Below the pieces are notes generated by a model. It worked only from the letters and a program-made list of their open reading frames with translations, ran no database searches and had not been told where the DNA came from. A program made the translations under genes and the position numbers. Positions 57,404 through 64,000 of a DNA stretch of 64,000 nucleotides are shown here, piece by piece. Source of the stretch: Macrostomum hystrix (taxonomy: Eukaryota > Animalia > Platyhelminthes); assembly GCA_950097015.1 (NCBI GenBank), contig CATNEN010000003.1, positions 14,880,001 through 14,944,000 of the forward strand, given 5' to 3'. Positions within the stretch are counted from its first letter, which is position 1. Each line of letters starts with the position of its first letter.

Positions 57404-59103
57404 ATGCAGCCATCTGCCAGCGGTCGTCAAGCTGTCAAAACGGCACTTAAAAAGGAGCGAGACACAAAGAAGAACATCAGGCTCGACTATAAACATTCTG
57501 AGTACTTTGTCTGCTCTCAGGTACAAAGGGAACCAAATTGTGCCTTCGAAAATCAATTATTTAGAAATTGAAACAATGCTAAGGCCCCAAAAATATTTTT
57601 GCAGCAAACGAGGATTTTTTTAGATCGTTAAGAGTTTACTGTAGATCGGAAAGATTCACTTTTGGTCCAGAAAGTTTTGTTCAAAGAAGAATATCACATC
57701 ATTTATTGCCGTTAAATTTATAAAGTTGAAACTTTCTACTAATTAACTGTCAAATAAAATCCGATTTCGTCGTTAATGGACGTTTAATGGGCGCATTCTG
57801 AGCCACGAATCTATCGTCTATGGTTGAAATGCGAAGTCTTGAACCAGTGTGCCATATAATGGTCCCGAAAACGGGGCCCATTAAACCATATAATGGGCGC
57901 CAAACCAAATCGAATTTCATATAAAATAGTGGCTGCTCAATTTGCAGTCTATGGTTAAAAAGTCCTCGGCCACGCTCAATAGTCCTCGGCTCGCTTCGCT
58001 CGCCTCGGACCATTAAACGCAGCCTCAGACTTTCTAACCACAGAATGCCAATCAAGCAGCCACTATCATATACTTAAGCAAACATCTTAGCAATTATGAA
58101 ACTGATACGTTTCGAAAAATACTCGTTTAAAAATGTCAGATACTATTTTATAGATTTCTGATTAACTATTCTTTGAGAAGATTGTAGATTAACTGAACTT
58201 GATCTCCCGGTTACAATTTTTTAGTTGGTTGCCACATGGCTGCTGCTGCTGTTGCGGTGTTTCATGGGCTGTACTTGCACTGTTGTACTTATCAGCGACA
58301 TCATTCTCCAAAGTCTCAGCAATGCACCGAATCCTGACGCACAACGGAACTACACTAGAAACAGGCATGAACTATCGACAGCAAGGTGGCCCGCATTTTC
58401 CTGCGACCTCACCGTGTGGAGCTACATCACGGTGACGCTGTACTTTATCTGCGCAGTGGTGAACACGATCTGCGTGAGCCTCTGCTCCAGCAAGAAGTCG
58501 TCGTCATCAACAGCGGACGAAGGTGGCGAACCCTTCTCCCTGAAGGGCCCCGGATACCGGACTGCGGATCGTCTGGCTGCGACGCATCGCGAAGCCCGCA
58601 ACAAGTACGCTCGCGACTCCAACGTCAGACAACGATGCTTCAAGTTGCAGTGGCTGCTGTACACCTTGGCGTCCAATGCAGCCCTGGTCGTCACTGTTGC
58701 ATTCTTCGCCGTGATCTACAACAGCTCGCGTGGCATCCAAGCCTTGCAAGTGTTTGAGCTCGGCATCAATTCGCTGTTCATGCTTGTTGAAGGCGTCTTC
58801 GGTGGGGTTCCAGTTCGCCTAGCGCTTGTCGTCTACTCAATGTGCTACATGGCTTTGTACGCCATTGTCAGCCTGGTGTCCTGGATAAACGACAAAGACT
58901 TTGCTGCCTATTCACTATTTGACTGGAACACATTCGCACAGGCAATTGTGGCCGTCTGCGCTTTTGTTTTCGTTGGTATTCCACTGTCACACTTGTTCTG
59001 GTGGCTGCTGCATCTGATGCGATGCTACCTCGGTGGAGTACTCCTCAGGCGCGATGCCAGGCTGCGGAGCAGTCACAATCCCGATGAGATCAGAATGTCT
59101 TAG
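57404..59103 (+). CDS. Rolling-stone-like protein, copy 3 (divergent). Exons 57404-57520 and 58225-59103
   Basis: Same architecture; DLTVWSY, and ELGINS in place of the HGxNS motif. Confidence 0.82.
57926..58066. mobile_element. ~140-bp imperfect palindrome, probable non-autonomous Crypton-related element
   Basis: Arms atagtggctgct...gtctatggttaaaaagtc / gactttctaaccacaga...agcagccactat; centre ctcggctcgcttcgctcgcctcgg; shares the motif found around the 28-31 kb recombinases. Confidence 0.55.
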
Positions 59104-59997
59104 TGACGGATTTGAATTTTTCTGGGTTCTTTCTTCGGACTGACTTGAGCGAATAACGTGGATTGGTTTAATCGGACAATACATGTTTATCGACTTTTTT
59201 AATGCCTTCTTTGGTTCTTAGGGCTATAGGTGAATATCTAAAATCTTGGTTTTTAAGTCCGAAATCACAATACAGCCAGAGTATTCAGCTGATATCAAAT
59301 ATTTTGTCCTCCTAGCGCCATTCTAAACAACATTTTATTTCTATTTTTAAGCTGTTGAAAACTGTTTTCAGCTGTTAAACAATCCTCTTCACCTAAGGCC
59401 TTAATCAGTCCAAACGAACTGACTAAGTACATTTCTTGATGTACAGCTGATCAATTTTTTGCGTATTCAAGTAAAATGTACATTGACCTCTTCTAACCCC
59501 CCCTTCTGATTGTTCGGTGGCGGACGCGCGGACCCTACTTTCCCAATTGCTTTAGCTCAGAGGTCGGCAAACTTCGGCAAACAGCGGGTCAAAGAGAGAA
59601 CCTAAAAGACGACAGCGGACTGTATTGACCGCTGAAATATGAAACACAGGAGAGATGAGACACGGGATAGATGAGGCACAGGAGACATGGGATAGATGAG
59701 GCACAGGAGACATGGGAGAGATGAGACACAGGAGAGATGAGACACAGGAGAGATGAGACGCGGGAGAGATGAGAGAGAGATAACTGGCGAGTTCTTCCGT
59801 TTTTCACAAACTGCATGCTTCCATTTTATATTATAGGTGTTTACAGTTCTTCCTAATGGCTATTTCTTAAAATTCCAAATGGATAGATTTCGTTTTTCCT
59901 ATTTCGATGTTTTCGGGTCTTGCTAATGCCTGTTTCTGGATCGTCATAATTTTTTTTTCTGAATTTTAACAAATCGCGTCGCTTCAACCAACCCCAG

Positions 59998-60819
59998 TGT
60001 CTCCCAGCATGGCTCATGCTGCTTCTCCGATTTATAATGGGCTGTGTCTGTGTCTCCGTGTTTCTCTACATGAACATTACACAGCCATTTGCGCAGACAC
60101 ACTTCTACCTGTGCTACCTGACTATCTGGAGCTACTTGATCATAACGCTGTACTTTGTCACGGCATTGACAAACACCATATCGATGCTTGTCTGTTCTAG
60201 GCGTCGGTCCATTGTTGAAAGCATCGGCGACGTTGATCACACGTTCAGCTTTACCGCTGGGGGTTTCAAAACCACGGACAGTCTCATGGGCAGTCGCGGC
60301 TATTTGGAGGACGCATCGGCCAGTGATTCGACAGCTCGACGGGTTGGCCTTCGACTACAATGGCTGCTTTGCGGTGTCGCGGCAAACGCTGCACTGATTG
60401 TCTCCTTGGCCTATTTCGTTGTTCTATATCCGTTGATCAAAAAGTTAAGACCTGGTCCAATTAGTCCAGTAGATCTGCTACTTCACGGATTTAACTCCGT
60501 GTTCATGCTTGTGGAGGTGGTGTTCTCGGGTGTGCCAGTGAGGTTGGTGCACGTTGTCTACACAGCGCTCTACGGACTGACATATTCATTGTTCAGCTTG
60601 TTCTACTGGCTACCGGATCACACCAATGTCATCTACCCGGTGCTGCTGGACTGGAATGACGCAGGTCTGACCATTGGCATGATGTGTCTACTCATGTTTG
60701 TCGGCCTGCCCATAGTTCAACTAGTTTGGTGGCTGATCTATCTGGCTCGATGCTTTGTTGCCGGGTCTGTGCTGCTCAACCGAAATTCGGAATGGAATCC
60801 AACTGTACTCAACGTTTGA
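59998..60819 (+). pseudogene. Rolling-stone-like copy 4: open exon 2 with no recognisable exon 1 (orphan exon, truncated gene or pseudogene)
   Basis: Nearly identical to copy 5 exon 2 except a net 22-codon in-frame deletion; exon-1 position occupied by a simple repeat at 59640-59782. Confidence 0.6.
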
Positions 60820-62709
60820 CAACTTAACAATTTGAGCAGCAACTCGTTTATTTTCACCCTTCTAATTGCTCTGTTCGTAATTATTAGAGAATTTCTGTAA
60901 ACCGTTTAGGATTTGTTAATGAATGTGTCTACCATATGTACATGTATTCATCGTCTGTTTTTTGGGCCCAATGGCATGGAAAGGCCGAGAACGCGGTTCT
61001 CAGGCCGAGGTTTGATTCCCAGGCCTTTTCAATTTCTTCAGCAGCGGAATGGCTGTCTACGGCTAAAAGACAAAAAATTAAGCCCGAGAACGAGGCCAAT
61101 TAGCCACGCAGTTCACAGACCTGAAAACGAGGCTTGTGAACTTTGCATATTAAATTTTCCTGCAACGATGCATTAATCGGTCGTCTCCTTCATCACCACT
61201 CTACGAGTGCTCTACGAGCATTCAGAAAGGAGTCATCTTTCCATAGTTCCAGTTCATTCGAGTCCAAAGTGCATGTGTCGTTGCAGCATGTTCGATTTTT
61301 CTGGCCTCGAACAAGAAAGTCTTAAGCACATTAGTTTCAATACGATTTACCCATTCTGTACGCTACTTCAGCACAGTTAGACCATGGCTGTCACTGAGAA
61401 TCAGCTTATTTTGCCTTTCCTGATTAAACCAGTCGTCAAATAGTTTAAGCGCCTATATCGCTCCTTCTTGCGCATCGATCCTGCTGTCTGGTAAACATAT
61501 CAAGGTCGGGCGGATCATGCGATCACGGCGTGTGCTGGTGACTCTGGCTCTATATAAAGCAAGTGGTGCGCCGCCTATTTTGGAGACAGTCCAAAATGGC
61601 TATTTTGGAGACAGTCCAAAATGGTTAGAAAATGATAGCCGACATGGATACATGATGAAATTTTGTGAGCAGAAAATTTTTTGTTGATATTGGTAGCTTT
61701 TGCAACCAGACATCCAGACGTGAACGTCCGAGACGTCCGAAAGCTTTAGCCGCAAGCTAGCAATATAGTGCTTTCGCAACACTTTTGCAACAATCTACTA
61801 AATCAGCATCTTTGAACCTAGTACTGAGGAGCTCTAAACAAGTATCTTGTTCACGTTTTTAAAGAATCTGCTGGATAGATTTAGCTTTCTAGCAGAGTAC
61901 ACCACGATGTAAAAAGAATAAAACTGTCGCTTATTGAAACGAAAATAGAGCCAGAGCATTAAATTAATTTAATACAGTTATTTTTATTCAGTTGATTTTA
62001 TATAATTGGTCTTAACGTCGTCTAAACCTATTTTTTCACTCAGTGGGCATTTTTAACAAACGCCTCAATCAGTCTGAACGAACAAACTACGTACATTCCC
62101 CCCCCTTGATGTACAGCTGATCTATTTTTAGCACATTTAAGTATAATGTACACGGACCTTCTGCTTGTACGGTGGAGGACGCACAGACCCTTCTATCCGT
62201 TTTGCTTTAGCTCGTCTAATAAATACATATAGCTATTTGCTAGTGCAAAACGAAGAGCAAAAAGCAAGCAAGCAGTTGGCATGGCACAGCTGAGTCAAAA
62301 AACCAACCGCTCAGATTCCTAATTTTAACTACCTGCCTCTAGCGTTCCACGTAAACTAAACTTATTAAACACTTCGCGCTTTGGCCTGATAAGCACGGCA
62401 TATATTAGGTTTTCTTAGAAAGCGAGGACTATGCGTCATTCCCCTTAGCTATTGGCAATCTCTTTGGCAAGTTTTTTCCATTCAAAGATTACGACGGCAA
62501 ACAGCCAGGCACAGTGACTCAGTAAGTCAAAGAAGTACACCCAACCAGATAAAGAATAATTATTTTATTTGGCTTTAACCTAACTGCCACCGAGTCTGAC
62601 TAACTCAAATTGGCCGATTCGCCTCACGAGACTAGAAATCTACTGGTTGGCAACAGAGTGAAAGCATCGAGGATTATTCGAGGACAAAGCAATTGCTTTC
62701 ACCGCAACA

Positions 62710-64000
62710 ATGAGCGGAGCATCGTCAACTGCCGAGGCTTCGTCCAATGGCGGCTTGGGTCACATGAAATTCGCAGCTAGGCAGGAGAAAATGCTTAAGA
62801 AGAATTTAAATCTGCGCTACGACTATTACGAGTATTTTGTTTATTCGCAGGTCAGTGACTGACGGTGTGTTTAAATAACTGGCGAGTTCTTCCTAATGGG
62901 GTGTTTTCGTTTTCGGGTCTTCCTACTGGGTGTTTCTTGGGTTTGTCCCAACCTTTTTGTGACAGGATTCAGTTCTTCTAAGGTCCTGTGGAGCTTGGAG
63001 GCCAAGTTGTGATGGCTTCAGACTTCTGATCCTCGACGAAAAGGAACTGGGATATCAACTGGGATAGACATTTTTGTGGGCATATTGACAATCTGTTCAC
63101 AGCCTCGATTAATAGAAAATTTTAGGTACTTTTCGATGCACTTCTAAAGTCTACGGGAATTTTAACAAATCGCATCGCTCCAACCAACCCCAGTGTCTCC
63201 CAGCCTGGCTCATGCTGCTTCTCCGCTTTGTAATGGGCTGTGTCTGCGTCTCAGTGTTTCTCTACATGAGCATTACACAGCCATTCGTCAACTTCGTGCC
63301 TAGCAACTCAACTAGCGACGCTGATAATGGCACTACAAAACAACCGTCGACGTTTAAGACACACTTCTACCTGTGCTACCTGACTATCTGGAGCTACTTG
63401 ATCATAACGCTGTACTTTGTCACGGCATTGACAAACACCATATCGATGCTTCTCTGTTCTAGGCGTCGGTCCATTGTTGAAAGCATCGGCGACGTCGATC
63501 ACACGTTCAGCTTTACCGCTGGGGGTTTCAAAACCACGGACAGTCTCATGGGCAGTCGCGGCTATTTGGACGACGCATCGGCCAGTGATTCGACAGCTCG
63601 ACGGGTTGGCCTTCGACTACAATGGCTGCTCTGCGGTGTCGCGGCAAACGCTGCACTGATTGTCTCCCTGGCCTATTTCGTTGTTCTATATCCGATGATC
63701 AAAAAGTTAAGACCTGGTCCGATTAGTCCAGTAGATCTGCTACTTCACGGATTTAACTCCGTGTTCATGCTTGTGGAGGTGGTGTTCTCGGGTGTGCCAG
63801 TGAGGTTGGTGCACGTTGTCTACACAGCGCTCTACGGACTGACATATTCATTGTTCAGCTTGTTCTACTGGCTACCGGATCACACCAATGTCATCTACCC
63901 GGTGCTGCTGGACTGGAATGACGCAGGTCTGACCATTGGCATGATGTGTCTACTCATGTTTGTCGGCCTGCCCATAGTTCAACTAGTTTGGTGGCTGATC
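62710..64000 (+). CDS. Rolling-stone-like protein, copy 5. Exons 62710-62850 and 63194 to beyond 64000 (runs off the window)
   Basis: MSGASS...KKNLNLRYDYYEYFVYSQ|CLPAWL..., open to the window end. Confidence 0.85.

Noticed and set aside
60960-61110. GC-rich hairpins (gccgagaacgcggttctcaggc) as another Crypton-like end
   Set aside because: It lacks the gtctatgg motif and clear boundaries; support is insufficient.
61150-61500. Possible Tc1/mariner transposase relic on the minus strand (MLQRHMHFGLE*...)
   Set aside because: Too degenerate, and no TIRs or TA TSD were identified; a BLASTx search would be needed.

Overview
This is eukaryotic (metazoan) genomic DNA. The style (CAG/poly-Q coding tracts, minisatellite-filled introns) suggests a free-living flatworm such as Macrostomum, but that is inference only. 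Spliced genes reconstructed by hand: the 3' part of UTP20; a two-exon P2X-family channel lacking several canonical ATP-binding residues; an SH2 protein with only a relic of a Src-type kinase N-lobe; an otopetrin; a pancreatic-lipase-like enzyme without a PLAT domain; an intronless YAF2/RYBP; a PDZ (Zasp/PDLIM-like) gene whose first exon is not visible; and five tandem rolling-stone/AIG1-like membrane-protein genes on the opposite strand. The mobile fraction is dense and nested: three tRNA-derived SINE families, P-like and hAT-type TIR elements with clean 8-bp TSDs, and many minisatellites. The most unusual region is about 28.1-31.7 kb. Two different, decayed Crypton-type tyrosine-recombinase genes sit head-to-tail, punctuated by a repeated GTCTATGG(T)AAAAGT motif and hairpins. 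The same motif recurs in a ~140-bp palindrome at 57.9 kb. No CRISPR array and no bona fide tRNA or rRNA gene was found. All coordinates were read by eye; SINE and repeat edges are approximate.
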